A stretch of DNA of 64,000 nt from an uncultured Clostridia bacterium. GTDB taxonomy: Bacteria > Bacillota > Clostridia > Oscillospirales > CAG-272. Below the pieces are notes generated by a model, which saw only the letters and a list, made by a program, of their open reading frames with translations, made no database searches and was not told where the DNA came from. Positions 50,678-59,854 of this stretch are shown piece after piece. Made by a program: the position numbers and the translations under genes. The stretch's first letter is position 1; each line of letters opens with the position of its first letter. The stretch lies in the NCBI GenBank assembly GCA_944384525.1, contig CALWTR010000046.1, forward strand, positions 3,868-67,867, written 5' to 3'.

Positions 50678-52123
50678 ATGATGACACGGGAATATGACTT
50701 CGCCGTTATAGGCGGCGGAGTGATAGGAGGACTCATAGCCCGGGAGCTTTCCCGATTTGAGGTCACAACGGTGATACTTGAGCGCAGTATGGATGTATCT
50801 ATGGGTGCATCCAAGGCCAACAGCGGGATAGTTCACGCCGGATTCGATGCGGAACGCGGTACGTTGAAGGCGCGCATGAACGTCCGCGGTTCAGAACTTA
50901 TGGAGACGGTGGCCTCCGAGCTTGGCGTCGGATACAGGCGGAACGGGTCGGTCGTGACCGCATTCAGCGACAAGGAAAGGGAACATCTTCTGCGTCTGGC
51001 GGAAAGAGGAGCGCGCAACGGAGTAAAGGATATATCGGTGATAGACGGCGACAGGCTCAGAGAGTTTGAACCCAACCTTTCTCCTGAGATAAAGTATGCG
51101 CTGTATGCTCCGACAGGAGCAATAATTTCTCCGTATGGTCTCTGTATAGCCGCGGTAGGAAATGCGATGGACAACGGTTGTGATCTGATGCGCGGTTTTG
51201 AGGTTACAGCGGTGGAGCGAAGCGGTGAATGGTTCACAGTGACGTCATCCACCGGAGAGGCGATCAGATGCCGTGCCGTCATAAATGCGGCAGGGATAAA
51301 TTCGGATATAGTGGCGTCTATGGCGTCACCCGCAAGATTCCGGATCTTACCAAGAAAGGGAGAGTATCTGTTGTGCGACAAGGAGCTGGGCGGAATGGTC
51401 GGGTGCACTGTTTTCGGCTGTCCTACGGAAAAGGGAAAAGGTGTGCTCGTCACACCTACCGTTGACGGCAATCTGCTCCTCGGCCCTACAGCAGAGGATG
51501 TACAGGACAGGGACGATGTCGCAACGTGCGCAGACGGGCTGTCTTATGTGGAAAGAAGTGCGCTTCGTCAGCTCCCGCGCCTGCCGAGAGGGAAGGTCAT
51601 AACATCTTTTGCCGGCTTGCGCGCAAAGGCGGACGGAGGAGATTTCATAATAGAGTGGTCGGAACGGGGATTCCTGAATGTAGCCGGGATAGACTCTCCG
51701 GGGCTTTCATCTGCGCCTGCAATAGCGGAGACGGTCGTGGATATGATAGGAAACAGCGGATTCCGTCTTGACAGGAAGAGAAACTTTGACCCGTTCAGGA
51801 AACCGCTGGACTGGTTTTCAAGACTGAGTGATGAGGAAAAATCCGAGGTCATAAGAGAGAGGCCGGAGTATGGGCACATAGTCTGCCGCTGTGAAAAGAT
51901 AAGTGAGGGAGAGATACGGGACGCGATACGAAGAGATCCGCGACCTCATGACACGGATGGGATAAAGCGGAGAACGAGGAGCGGAATGGGACGCTGTCAG
52001 GGCGGATTTTGCCTTCCGCGTGTCGCTGAGATACTATCTGAAGAGACGGGGATACCTTTTCTCGAGATAACCAAAGCATCCGGCGGCTCATATATAAACA
52101 AGAGCAGAACAAAGGGTGACTGA
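50678..52123 (+). CDS. FAD-dependent oxidoreductase, GlpA-like (glycerol-3-phosphate dehydrogenase-type) with BFD-like [2Fe-2S] domain
   Basis: 481 aa. N-terminal YDFAVIGGGVIGG dinucleotide fold and a C-terminal CRCEKISEGEIRDAI...CQGGFC motif. Confidence 0.8.
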   Translation: MMTREYDFAVIGGGVIGGLIARELSRFEVTTVILERSMDVSMGASKANSGIVHAGFDAERGTLKARMNVRGSELMETVASELGVGYRRNGSVVTAFSDKEREHLLRLAERGARNGVKDISVIDGDRLREFEPNLSPEIKYALYAPTGAIISPYGLCIAAVGNAMDNGCDLMRGFEVTAVERSGEWFTVTSSTGEAIRCRAVINAAGINSDIVASMASPARFRILPRKGEYLLCDKELGGMVGCTVFGCPTEKGKGVLVTPTVDGNLLLGPTAEDVQDRDDVATCADGLSYVERSALRQLPRLPRGKVITSFAGLRAKADGGDFIIEWSERGFLNVAGIDSPGLSSAPAIAETVVDMIGNSGFRLDRKRNFDPFRKPLDWFSRLSDEEKSEVIRERPEYGHIVCRCEKISEGEIRDAIRRDPRPHDTDGIKRRTRSGMGRCQGGFCLPRVAEILSEETGIPFLEITKASGGSYINKSRTKGD

Positions 52124-52124
52124 T

Positions 52125-53381
52125 ATGAGGAGATTCGAGTGCAGGCTTGTTATAGTCGGCGGCGGACCCGCCGGTATGAGCGCCGCTGTCGCCGCATATG
52201 AGGCTGGAGAGAGGGATATACTCATACTTGAGAGAGAACATACGCTCGGCGGGATACTTACCCAGTGCATACACAACGGGTTCGGCCTCCATAGATTCGG
52301 CGAGGAGCTCACGGGACCGGAATACGCATACAGATATGAAAAGTCGGTCAAGGAGCTGGGAATAAAGTATTATACCGACTGTACCGTGACCGGTATAAGC
52401 AGTGATCGGACGGTCTCGGCAGTCAGCGCGGAAGAGGGAATGTTCAAGATACAGGCGGGAGCGGTCATAGTGGCTACGGGCTGCCGCGAGAGACCGCGTG
52501 GTGCGCTTAATATCCCGGGAACGCGTCCTTCCGGTGTTTATACAGCCGGGACAGCGCAGAAATTCGTTAATATAAAAGGTTATATGCCCGGCAAGGAGAT
52601 AGTCATACTCGGCAGCGGGGATATCGGTCTCATTATGGCTAGAAGAATGACTCTGGAAGGCGCAACTGTACGCGCTGTGCTCGAAATAATGCCGTACAGC
52701 AGCGGTCTTGCAAGAAATATAGAGCAGTGCCTTAACGATTACGGGATACCGCTCTACCTTTCTCATACCGTATCTGAAATACACGGCAAAGAGCGGATAG
52801 AGGGCGTATCTGTGGTCAGAGTTGATGAGAACCGCCGCCCTGTTCCGGGCGGGGAGATGTACATTCCGTGCGACACTCTGCTTCTGTCCTGCGGGCTCAT
52901 CCCGGAAAACGAACTGGCATCCGGAGGCCTTGCGATGTGCGACGTAACGACCGGAGGCTGCATAGTAGATCAGGACAGGGAGAGCAGTGCTGAGGGAATA
53001 TTTTTCTGCGGCAATGTCCTCCATGTTCACGATCTTGTCGATTATGTTTCCGAGGAGGCGGCGATCGCGGGACGCGCAGCTGCGGCATTTGCAAGAGGGG
53101 ACAAGCGCGGAGATGTAAATATAAGTGTTCATTTTGACAAAAATATCAGATATTGCGTACCGCAAAAAATAACGTCTCTCAAGGATACGGATATATATTT
53201 CCGCGTAAAAGACGTGCACCGCGGAGCGACCGTTTGCGTAAATGTCGGCGGGAGGGTGGTGTCTGAGCAGAAAAAAATAAGACTCGCACCGGGCGAAATG
53301 GAGACCGTGCATATAACGGAAAGGATGCTGGCCGAAAATACGGGAGACATAACCGTCAGTGTGATACCGAGCGGAGTTTAG
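52125..53381 (+). CDS. NAD(P)/FAD-dependent (pyridine nucleotide-disulfide type) oxidoreductase
   Basis: Contains LVIVGGGPAGMSAA and a second IVILGSGDIGLIMA Rossmann motif. The ATG at 52125 lies 1 nt after the upstream stop, and the ORF track offers an alternative GTG at 52116. Confidence 0.8.
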   Translation: MRRFECRLVIVGGGPAGMSAAVAAYEAGERDILILEREHTLGGILTQCIHNGFGLHRFGEELTGPEYAYRYEKSVKELGIKYYTDCTVTGISSDRTVSAVSAEEGMFKIQAGAVIVATGCRERPRGALNIPGTRPSGVYTAGTAQKFVNIKGYMPGKEIVILGSGDIGLIMARRMTLEGATVRAVLEIMPYSSGLARNIEQCLNDYGIPLYLSHTVSEIHGKERIEGVSVVRVDENRRPVPGGEMYIPCDTLLLSCGLIPENELASGGLAMCDVTTGGCIVDQDRESSAEGIFFCGNVLHVHDLVDYVSEEAAIAGRAAAAFARGDKRGDVNISVHFDKNIRYCVPQKITSLKDTDIYFRVKDVHRGATVCVNVGGRVVSEQKKIRLAPGEMETVHITERMLAENTGDITVSVIPSGV

Positions 53382-53395
53382 GCGAGGTGAGCATT

Positions 53396-53755
53396 ATGAA
53401 AAAGAGAAAACTTATATGTATAGTGTGTCCGAGAGGCTGTGAGATAGATGTCACGATGTCCGATCACGGTGAGATCACAGGCATTGAGGGAAATTCTTGC
53501 AAAAGAGGCGAGACTTATGCTCGTGCTGAATGTACTCATCCGGTCAGGATACTGACAACTACTGTCCGCTGTGAGGACGGACGCCTGCTGCCGGTACGGT
53601 CTTCCTGCGGGATACCAAAGGAGAGGCTGTTCGATTGTATGGAAGAGCTCAGGTCCGTTACTGCGGCGGCCGGAGCGATGATAGGGGATACGGTCGTTCG
53701 GAATATCCTGGGAACGGGCGCGGATATAGTAGTGAGCGGAAATGCCGGAGCATAG
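53396..53755 (+). CDS. DUF1667-family protein
   Basis: Begins MKKRKLICIVCPRGCEIDV. The ATG at 53396 has GAGGTG 6 nt upstream. It is the third member of the conserved GlpA-like three-gene set. Confidence 0.8.
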   Translation: MKKRKLICIVCPRGCEIDVTMSDHGEITGIEGNSCKRGETYARAECTHPVRILTTTVRCEDGRLLPVRSSCGIPKERLFDCMEELRSVTAAAGAMIGDTVVRNILGTGADIVVSGNAGA

Positions 53756-53808
53756 ATCTCCAGGAGAGGGCATTGCGTGGTAAAACGGGGAAAGGGGGCT
53801 GGATCGCG

Positions 53809-54477
53809 ATGTTTTGGAAGGAAATTTTCAATACTCAAGAGCTTATCTGCATGCTCAGGATAATAATTGCGTCCATATGCGGCTTGATCATTGGGTTTGA
53901 GCGGAAGATACGGCAAAAGGACGCGGGAATAAGAACACATACGATAGTTGCGCTCGGATCAGCTCTCATAATGACTGTGAGCAAATACGGATTCGGAGAT
54001 ACCGAGGCGGGGGACGCGGGGCGTATCGCCGCACAGATCGTTTCCGGTATAGGATTCCTCGGTGCCGGGATGATAATGTACAGAAGGGATATGATACGCG
54101 GGCTCACATCTGCTGCGGGCATTTGGGCGACAGCCGGTATCGGCATGGCGATAGGAGCGGGAATGTATTTTACAGGTATTGCGTGCACTTTTCTGCTTGT
54201 TGCCATTCAGTTCCTTCTGCACAGCGATATGAATATATTTAAGGAGAAAAAGTATTATATAATAAGTCTCAGGATAATAAATATAGATGAAGATAAAATA
54301 GACGAGATAAAAAATATATTCGGCTGTAAGAGTTTTATAACTCTGAGAGCAGTCGAGGATAGGTGCGATATATCGCTTAGGACTGACAGGTCGTTTTCCT
54401 CCAAGGAACTGATACATATAAAGCGCACATACGGATATATAGCGTCAGTAGACAGAAACCCTGATCACGGGGAATGA
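53809..54477 (+). CDS. mgtC: MgtC/SapB-family membrane protein
   Basis: The start at 53809 (MFWKEIF) is preferred over 53635. Contains LRIIIASICGLIIGFERKIRQKDAGIRTH, characteristic of MgtC. Confidence 0.85.
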   Translation: MFWKEIFNTQELICMLRIIIASICGLIIGFERKIRQKDAGIRTHTIVALGSALIMTVSKYGFGDTEAGDAGRIAAQIVSGIGFLGAGMIMYRRDMIRGLTSAAGIWATAGIGMAIGAGMYFTGIACTFLLVAIQFLLHSDMNIFKEKKYYIISLRIINIDEDKIDEIKNIFGCKSFITLRAVEDRCDISLRTDRSFSSKELIHIKRTYGYIASVDRNPDHGE

Positions 54478-54574
54478 TTTAGACGCTGTAAATTCAAATG
54501 AAAGGAGGGATTTATCAGTTAAGAGACTGACGGTGAAATTTTAATAATTACGGCTAAATGAAAGGAATTTTTGT

Positions 54575-55522
54575 ATGGTGAATAAAAATTTATTTAAGAG
54601 ACTCCTTTCCGTTACGGTTGCTTCAGCGATGTTTTTTGCTGTGTTACTTTTGACTTCATGCGGCGGGGATAAGAACAAGACTCTAGCCGACGGCCTCGGC
54701 ACCAAGCAGGGCTCTTATGCTTTTGCCGCAGTTTCGGCAGGAGAGATAATATCCGGAATGGATCAGTCGTCAGTAGGCGCGACGGCTAATTTTGTATCGG
54801 CGGGCAGAGACAGTTCCTTTTCTGATCCGGAAATGACGGAAAAGCTTGACGGCTATATGGCTTTCGCTGAAAAGATACTCGGCTCCGATACTCCGGTAAA
54901 AAATGAGGTTTCCGTCAGTGACCGCGACGGATACGAACATAAGAATACTGTAACGGTCACATCGTTCTCCGGAACGCAGACATATATAATGTATTATAAT
55001 GAATCACTGCTCAGGGAACAGGATCGCGACAGATACGGCGACCGCGATGATTGGTTTGAGGATGACGAGGTGGAGACGACGCTTTCCGGGATCCTTGTTA
55101 TCGGAGAACATGAGTATCGTATAGAGGGCAAGCGTGAGGTCGAGGGCAACGAGATGGAGCTTGAGTTCATCGCATTCCTTGATGAAAACGACCGGGTCGT
55201 ATTCGAGCAGGAAACGGAGACGGGAGAGAGCGAGTATGAATATTCGATATATTCCGGCGGAAAACTCATCGACTCCTTCTCACTTGAGGTTGAGACCGGG
55301 CGTAAGGAGGTCTCCGTTGAGATACAGACTAAGGATTCTATGGGAAATGTAATGAGTTATGAGCTCAGTAAAAAGCAGTACAAAAACAAAAACCGGATAC
55401 GTGTCGAATTCAGAGAGGGAAATATCGAACGCGAGTTCGATGTTGAGATTCTCAAAAACAGCGCAGGAGAACGGATCTGCAAATATTATTTGACCGATAC
55501 GGAAATTGAAATAGACGATTGA
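54575..55522 (+). CDS. hypothetical lipoprotein
   Basis: 315 aa. Signal peptide plus lipobox (LLLTSC-GGD). Acidic, with no family recognised. Confidence 0.7.
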   Translation: MVNKNLFKRLLSVTVASAMFFAVLLLTSCGGDKNKTLADGLGTKQGSYAFAAVSAGEIISGMDQSSVGATANFVSAGRDSSFSDPEMTEKLDGYMAFAEKILGSDTPVKNEVSVSDRDGYEHKNTVTVTSFSGTQTYIMYYNESLLREQDRDRYGDRDDWFEDDEVETTLSGILVIGEHEYRIEGKREVEGNEMELEFIAFLDENDRVVFEQETETGESEYEYSIYSGGKLIDSFSLEVETGRKEVSVEIQTKDSMGNVMSYELSKKQYKNKNRIRVEFREGNIEREFDVEILKNSAGERICKYYLTDTEIEIDD

Positions 55523-55530
55523 TCAAAGTA

Positions 55531-55566
55531 AGTCCGCCACCGTATCAGCGATGGCGGACTTTTTAT
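55531..55566 (+). terminator. rho-independent terminator
   Basis: 9-bp stem AGTCCGCCA (55531-55539) / TGGCGGACT (55552-55560) followed by TTTT. Confidence 0.8.
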
Positions 55567-55639
55567 GTCAGATCCACAAAACCCAATCTGTGTGAGAACT
55601 GCTTGTTTGGTTTTACATGTGAGCGGGACCCGAATAAGG

Positions 55640-55668
55640 TTGACAAAATTCGCGTTATAGTGTACAAT
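55640..55668 (+). promoter_or_regulatory. candidate sigma-A promoter (TTGACA-17-TACAAT)
   Basis: -35 at 55640-55645 and -10 at 55663-55668, about 85 nt upstream of the GT4 fusion gene. Confidence 0.6.
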
Positions 55669-55757
55669 CAATAAGGATGGTTTACTATTAGTTATAGTAG
55701 GCACCGAAAATTTTTTCGGATCTCTTTGCATATAAAAATCACGAGAGAGACTTTATA

Positions 55758-57764
55758 ATGAATATAGTTATTGTAATCGATATATACGACATGCTCACGA
55801 ACGGTACTGTTATGACGGCATACCGCTTCGCCAGGGAATTCCGGCGGCGCGGACACAATGTCAGGATAGTTGCTACGGGAGCAAAGGGCGAGGGGTGCTT
55901 CGAGGTGCCGGAGCGGTACATCCCGATTGTCACCGAGGTGTCCGCAAAACAGCAGATACGCTTCGGAAAGCCGGATGAAAAGATATTGAGAGCGGCGTTT
56001 GAGGGCGCGGATATCATACACTTTTACCTGCCTTTCAAACTGGAGCGCAAGGGCAGAAAGATAGCGGAAAGTATGGGTATCCCATGTACTTCTGCGTTTC
56101 ATCTTCATCCGCAGAACATCACATATAATATAGGGATAAGGCACGGAGGACTGCTTTCTTCGTTTATATACTTCCTTTTCAGAAAGAAATTTTACAGACA
56201 TTTCGAGCATATACATTGTCCGTCGGCGTTTATTGCCGATGAGCTGAAAAAGCACGGATATAAGCAGAAACTGCACGTTATATCAAACGGTGTGGAAAAA
56301 GATTTTTCGTCAGTCAAAAAGACGTACGGAGATGCGGGAGAGTATTTCGAGATACTTTCGGTCGGAAGATACGCAGCGGAGAAACGTCAGGATCTTATAA
56401 TCAAGGCGATAGCCGCCTCAAAGTACAGCGACAGGATCCGCCTCACGCTTGCCGGGCGCGGACCGCGCCGCGAAAAGCTTGAGCGTATGGCGAAAAAGCT
56501 TTTGAAAAATCCGGTCAGATTCGCTTTTTACGGCAAAGATGAACTTATAGAGGTCATACGTGCGAGCGATCTGTACGTTCATGCGGCGGATGTCGAGATA
56601 GAGGGGATATCCTGCATAGAGGCGTTCAGCGCCGGACTTGTCCCTCTGATCGCGGATTCGCCGAAATCCGCTACACCGCAGTTCGCAATAGACGATAGAT
56701 CTCTCTTTCGCGCAGGATCTGTAAAGAGCCTGACAGAAAAGATAGATTATTTTATAGAGCATCGTGATGAGCTCAAAGATCTGTCGAAGAAGTACATCGA
56801 GGAGGGGGAGAGGTACTCGATAGAGTACTCGGTCGATAAGACTGAGGAAATGTTCCGGGAGGCGATACGCACTCAAAAGAACAGAAAATTGCTCAACACG
56901 GCGAAATGCCGAAAGACGAGAAAACAGTTCTTCAACCGATCCTGGTTTCACAAAGCGCTCTCCTGGATATTCTATTATTTTATAGCTACACCGCTGCTGT
57001 ATTTTTATATTTATCCGGTATACGGGCTCAGGGTCAAGGGCAGGAAAAATCTGAAAAAAGCGAAAAAAACCGGGGCGATATCGGTGTCTAATCATGTCCA
57101 TGTCCTGGATTCTGTAATGAATGCGCTGGCACTCTGGCCGAGGAAAATGATATTTACCTCTGTGAAAAGCAACTTTCATATTCCTGTGGCAGGGAAAATA
57201 CTCGGTGTTGCCGGAGTTATCCCGGTGGCCGGCAGCATAAATGAGGCTGTTGTTTTCCGCAACGAACTGAAAAGGATACTGAAAAGAAAGCATATAGTCC
57301 ATATTTATCCGGAAGGCCATCTCATAAATTATTATTCGGGCATAAGACCGTTCGGAAACGGAGCGTTCAGCCTTGCATGTGATTCTCAGGTCCCGATAAT
57401 TCCCATCGTGATCGCTTGGCGGCGCCGGCGCGGGCTGTATAAACTGTTCATCAGATCAAAGCCGTGCGCAACTCTGTATATCGGGGCGCCTGTTTTCCCT
57501 AACAGGATATTGCTTTCTCATGAACAGGAGGAGGATCTGCGTATAAGGACAGAACTTGAGATGGAACGGATCTTCAGTCTGTCTGAGGGGCCGAACAGTG
57601 TGGATTATCTGGCCGAGAACGGGATAGCTCCGGAGGAGTTCAAGATAATGACGGGGATGTCACGTAAAGCCGACAAAGTGGCCGATCATACTAAAGATGA
57701 GAGCCGCAAATGTATCACCGACAGCTCTGAAGAAGCCAATAAAGACAACAAATATTTACATTGA
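55758..57764 (+). CDS. fusion protein: GT4 glycosyltransferase (N) plus PlsC/LPLAT-type acyltransferase (C)
   Basis: 668 aa. GT4-type E-X7-E motif (E280...E288, EIEGISCIE). A hydrophobic linker spans residues ~398-425. Acyltransferase motifs are H-X4-D (HVHVLD, nt 57093-57110) and YPEG. Confidence 0.85.
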   Translation: MNIVIVIDIYDMLTNGTVMTAYRFAREFRRRGHNVRIVATGAKGEGCFEVPERYIPIVTEVSAKQQIRFGKPDEKILRAAFEGADIIHFYLPFKLERKGRKIAESMGIPCTSAFHLHPQNITYNIGIRHGGLLSSFIYFLFRKKFYRHFEHIHCPSAFIADELKKHGYKQKLHVISNGVEKDFSSVKKTYGDAGEYFEILSVGRYAAEKRQDLIIKAIAASKYSDRIRLTLAGRGPRREKLERMAKKLLKNPVRFAFYGKDELIEVIRASDLYVHAADVEIEGISCIEAFSAGLVPLIADSPKSATPQFAIDDRSLFRAGSVKSLTEKIDYFIEHRDELKDLSKKYIEEGERYSIEYSVDKTEEMFREAIRTQKNRKLLNTAKCRKTRKQFFNRSWFHKALSWIFYYFIATPLLYFYIYPVYGLRVKGRKNLKKAKKTGAISVSNHVHVLDSVMNALALWPRKMIFTSVKSNFHIPVAGKILGVAGVIPVAGSINEAVVFRNELKRILKRKHIVHIYPEGHLINYYSGIRPFGNGAFSLACDSQVPIIPIVIAWRRRRGLYKLFIRSKPCATLYIGAPVFPNRILLSHEQEEDLRIRTELEMERIFSLSEGPNSVDYLAENGIAPEEFKIMTGMSRKADKVADHTKDESRKCITDSSEEANKDNKYLH

Positions 57765-57819
57765 TCCCGCCGCGGCACCGCGCCTGATCGATCGGACGGG
57801 ATGAAAGAGCGTTAGTTTT

Positions 57820-58929
57820 ATGGAAAAAAGAAGAAAGAAGGCAGGTCTTTATATTTTTTACGGCACGCTGACCGTTTTTCTCACCTCGCTGATACTGTCT
57901 TTTCAGGATATAGGCGAGATCTTCGGCGTACTGTCCGAGGCTGATCCTGTATATGTGCTCTGCGCTTTCGCGGTGCTGTTCCTGTATGCGGCGCTGTATC
58001 CTTTGACCGTTTGTATACTTGTAAGGGCGAACGGTTATAACACTTCGTTCGGCAGATCTTATGCTATAGGGATGACCGAACACTTTTTCAACGGTATAAC
58101 TCCTTTTGCGACCGGGGGGCAGCCATTCCAGGTATATGCGTTCAGCAAGGCGGGGGTCCGTCCCGCGGATTCAACCGGCGTACTCCTGATGAATTTTATA
58201 ATCCATATGGTGGTCACAAATCTGTTTGCCGCCTGTTCGCTTTTTTATTACGGCCGCTTCGCAACGACCTCTGCAATGCATATCATCGCGATAACCGGAT
58301 TTTCGATAAATTTTCTTGTGCTTGCGCTTATGATCTCGCTTGCGCTGAGCCGCAGGATGAGGGATCTGCTGTCCGCTTCGGCGCGAGCTCTTTGCCGGAT
58401 AAAGCTGATAGGCAAGCTGTTGTCCCCGCGTCTTCCGGCGCTTGACGCATATTTTGACCAGGTCCAGAACGCTTTTAAAACTCTCCTTGGGAAAAAGCGC
58501 GCGTTTTTTTCCTGCTTTGCGATACGGGCACTCACGATGGCAGTGTATTATTCTCTCACTTTCTTCATACTGCGCGCGCTGCATGTCGATGTCGGTCCCG
58601 AGCAGCTGTTCTTCGTTATATGCGGAACATCGTTTGCGATAACCATGGTAGTGTTCGTTCCGACTCCGGGTTCCTCCGGCGGCATAGAATTTGCTTTTGA
58701 AAAAATATTTTCCTCAATGTCCTCCGGCGCGTCCGGCGCGTTGTCATACGGGGGGATGCTCATGTGGCGGCTTATGAGCTATTATCTGCTCATGGCGGTA
58801 AGTCTGGCATTTTACATCCGGCTCGAGGCGGCGTTTTCGCGTGAAAGCAGGAGGAGGGAGGCTCAGTCTGACGATACGGATGGCGGATCTGATATCAACG
58901 GAGGGGCGGGAAAGAGCTCCGATGAATGA
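57820..58929 (+). CDS. flippase-like UPF0104 (lysyl-phosphatidylglycerol-synthase TM-domain family) membrane protein
   Basis: 369 aa polytopic protein. Contains ITPFATGGQPFQ and PTPGSSGGIEFAF motifs typical of this family. Confidence 0.8.
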   Translation: MEKRRKKAGLYIFYGTLTVFLTSLILSFQDIGEIFGVLSEADPVYVLCAFAVLFLYAALYPLTVCILVRANGYNTSFGRSYAIGMTEHFFNGITPFATGGQPFQVYAFSKAGVRPADSTGVLLMNFIIHMVVTNLFAACSLFYYGRFATTSAMHIIAITGFSINFLVLALMISLALSRRMRDLLSASARALCRIKLIGKLLSPRLPALDAYFDQVQNAFKTLLGKKRAFFSCFAIRALTMAVYYSLTFFILRALHVDVGPEQLFFVICGTSFAITMVVFVPTPGSSGGIEFAFEKIFSSMSSGASGALSYGGMLMWRLMSYYLLMAVSLAFYIRLEAAFSRESRRREAQSDDTDGGSDINGGAGKSSDE

Positions 58930-58961
58930 GCCGCCGTAAAAAATCGTAGAGGAGTTTTGAA

Positions 58962-59789
58962 ATGATAACTGTCTGTTACAGCGGGAACAAAAAAATTTTT
59001 GAAGGCTTGCTCCTGTCTGTTCTGTCGCTTGCCGACAAGGCGACCGACAGTCTTAATATACTTGTAATGAGTATGGATATACCGGACGTTGATCCGCGGT
59101 TCAGAAAATTTTCAAACGAGCAGATAGCTTTGCTCGACAAAGTCGTGAAAGAAAAAAATCCAGAGAGCAGAGCGACGCTGATAGACGTGACCGAGCTTTA
59201 TCGCATTCATCTCGCGCACAGTAAGAATGCCAACAGCGGATATACTCCATATACGCTACTCAGGCTTTTGCTGGATATGATCCCCGAGGCGGGAGACAAG
59301 GTCATATATACGGATATAGATACGATGTTCAGCGGCGATATAAAGGAACTTTACGATGTAGATATCAGCGGGTATGAATTCGGGGCAGTGCGCGATCATA
59401 TGGGAAGGGTGTTTATAGGCCCCAATTACTGCAACGCAGGAGTACTGCTTCTTAACATGGAGGAAATACGCCGTACCCGCCTGTTTGAAAGGGCGAGGGA
59501 GATGGTCGTAAGGAAGAAGATGATAATGCCGGATCAAACCGCACTGAATAAGCTTGCGCATGCAAAGAAATATCTGCCGCGCCGATTCAACGAACAGCGG
59601 GGACTCCGCCCGGATACCGTGATCAAGCATTTCTGCAAGGGGATAAAGTTCTATCCGCTTTTTTTCCGCATATATAACTACAAGCAGTGGAACAGAGAGA
59701 TGGTACATAAAAAGCTCGGTATCCACGAATTCGACTATATATACGAACTCTTCGATAAAATAACCGCTTCTGCGGATATAAACAAATAA
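58962..59789 (+). CDS. glycosyltransferase family 8
   Basis: 275 aa. Contains YTDIDTMF (DxD), NAGVLLLN and PDQTALN motifs. Confidence 0.82.
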   Translation: MITVCYSGNKKIFEGLLLSVLSLADKATDSLNILVMSMDIPDVDPRFRKFSNEQIALLDKVVKEKNPESRATLIDVTELYRIHLAHSKNANSGYTPYTLLRLLLDMIPEAGDKVIYTDIDTMFSGDIKELYDVDISGYEFGAVRDHMGRVFIGPNYCNAGVLLLNMEEIRRTRLFERAREMVVRKKMIMPDQTALNKLAHAKKYLPRRFNEQRGLRPDTVIKHFCKGIKFYPLFFRIYNYKQWNREMVHKKLGIHEFDYIYELFDKITASADINK

Positions 59790-59854
59790 AGACCGTCAGG
59801 AGCAAAAGATGCGCATCCCGGCGGTGATCAACAGCACGGAGGTAGCCGCTGAAA

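Noticed and set aside
51849-53312. 487-aa minus-strand ORF antisense to the GlpA-like and adjacent oxidoreductase genes. Similar long antisense ORFs occur at 41832..42974 (380 aa, opposite dnaK), 60739..61755 (338 aa), 56418..57320 (300 aa), 37791..38621 (276 aa), 23428..24240 (270 aa), 27628..28389 (253 aa), 5080..5787, 5454..6146, 46531..47184 and 50833..51471.
   Set aside because: All lie entirely opposite genes with unmistakable conserved products. Their translations are R/S/C/H/Y/L-rich with no recognisable motifs, RBS or domain logic. Such shadow ORFs are expected when the sense strand avoids TTA/CTA/TCA codons, and the ORF opposite hsp70/dnaK is a classic example.
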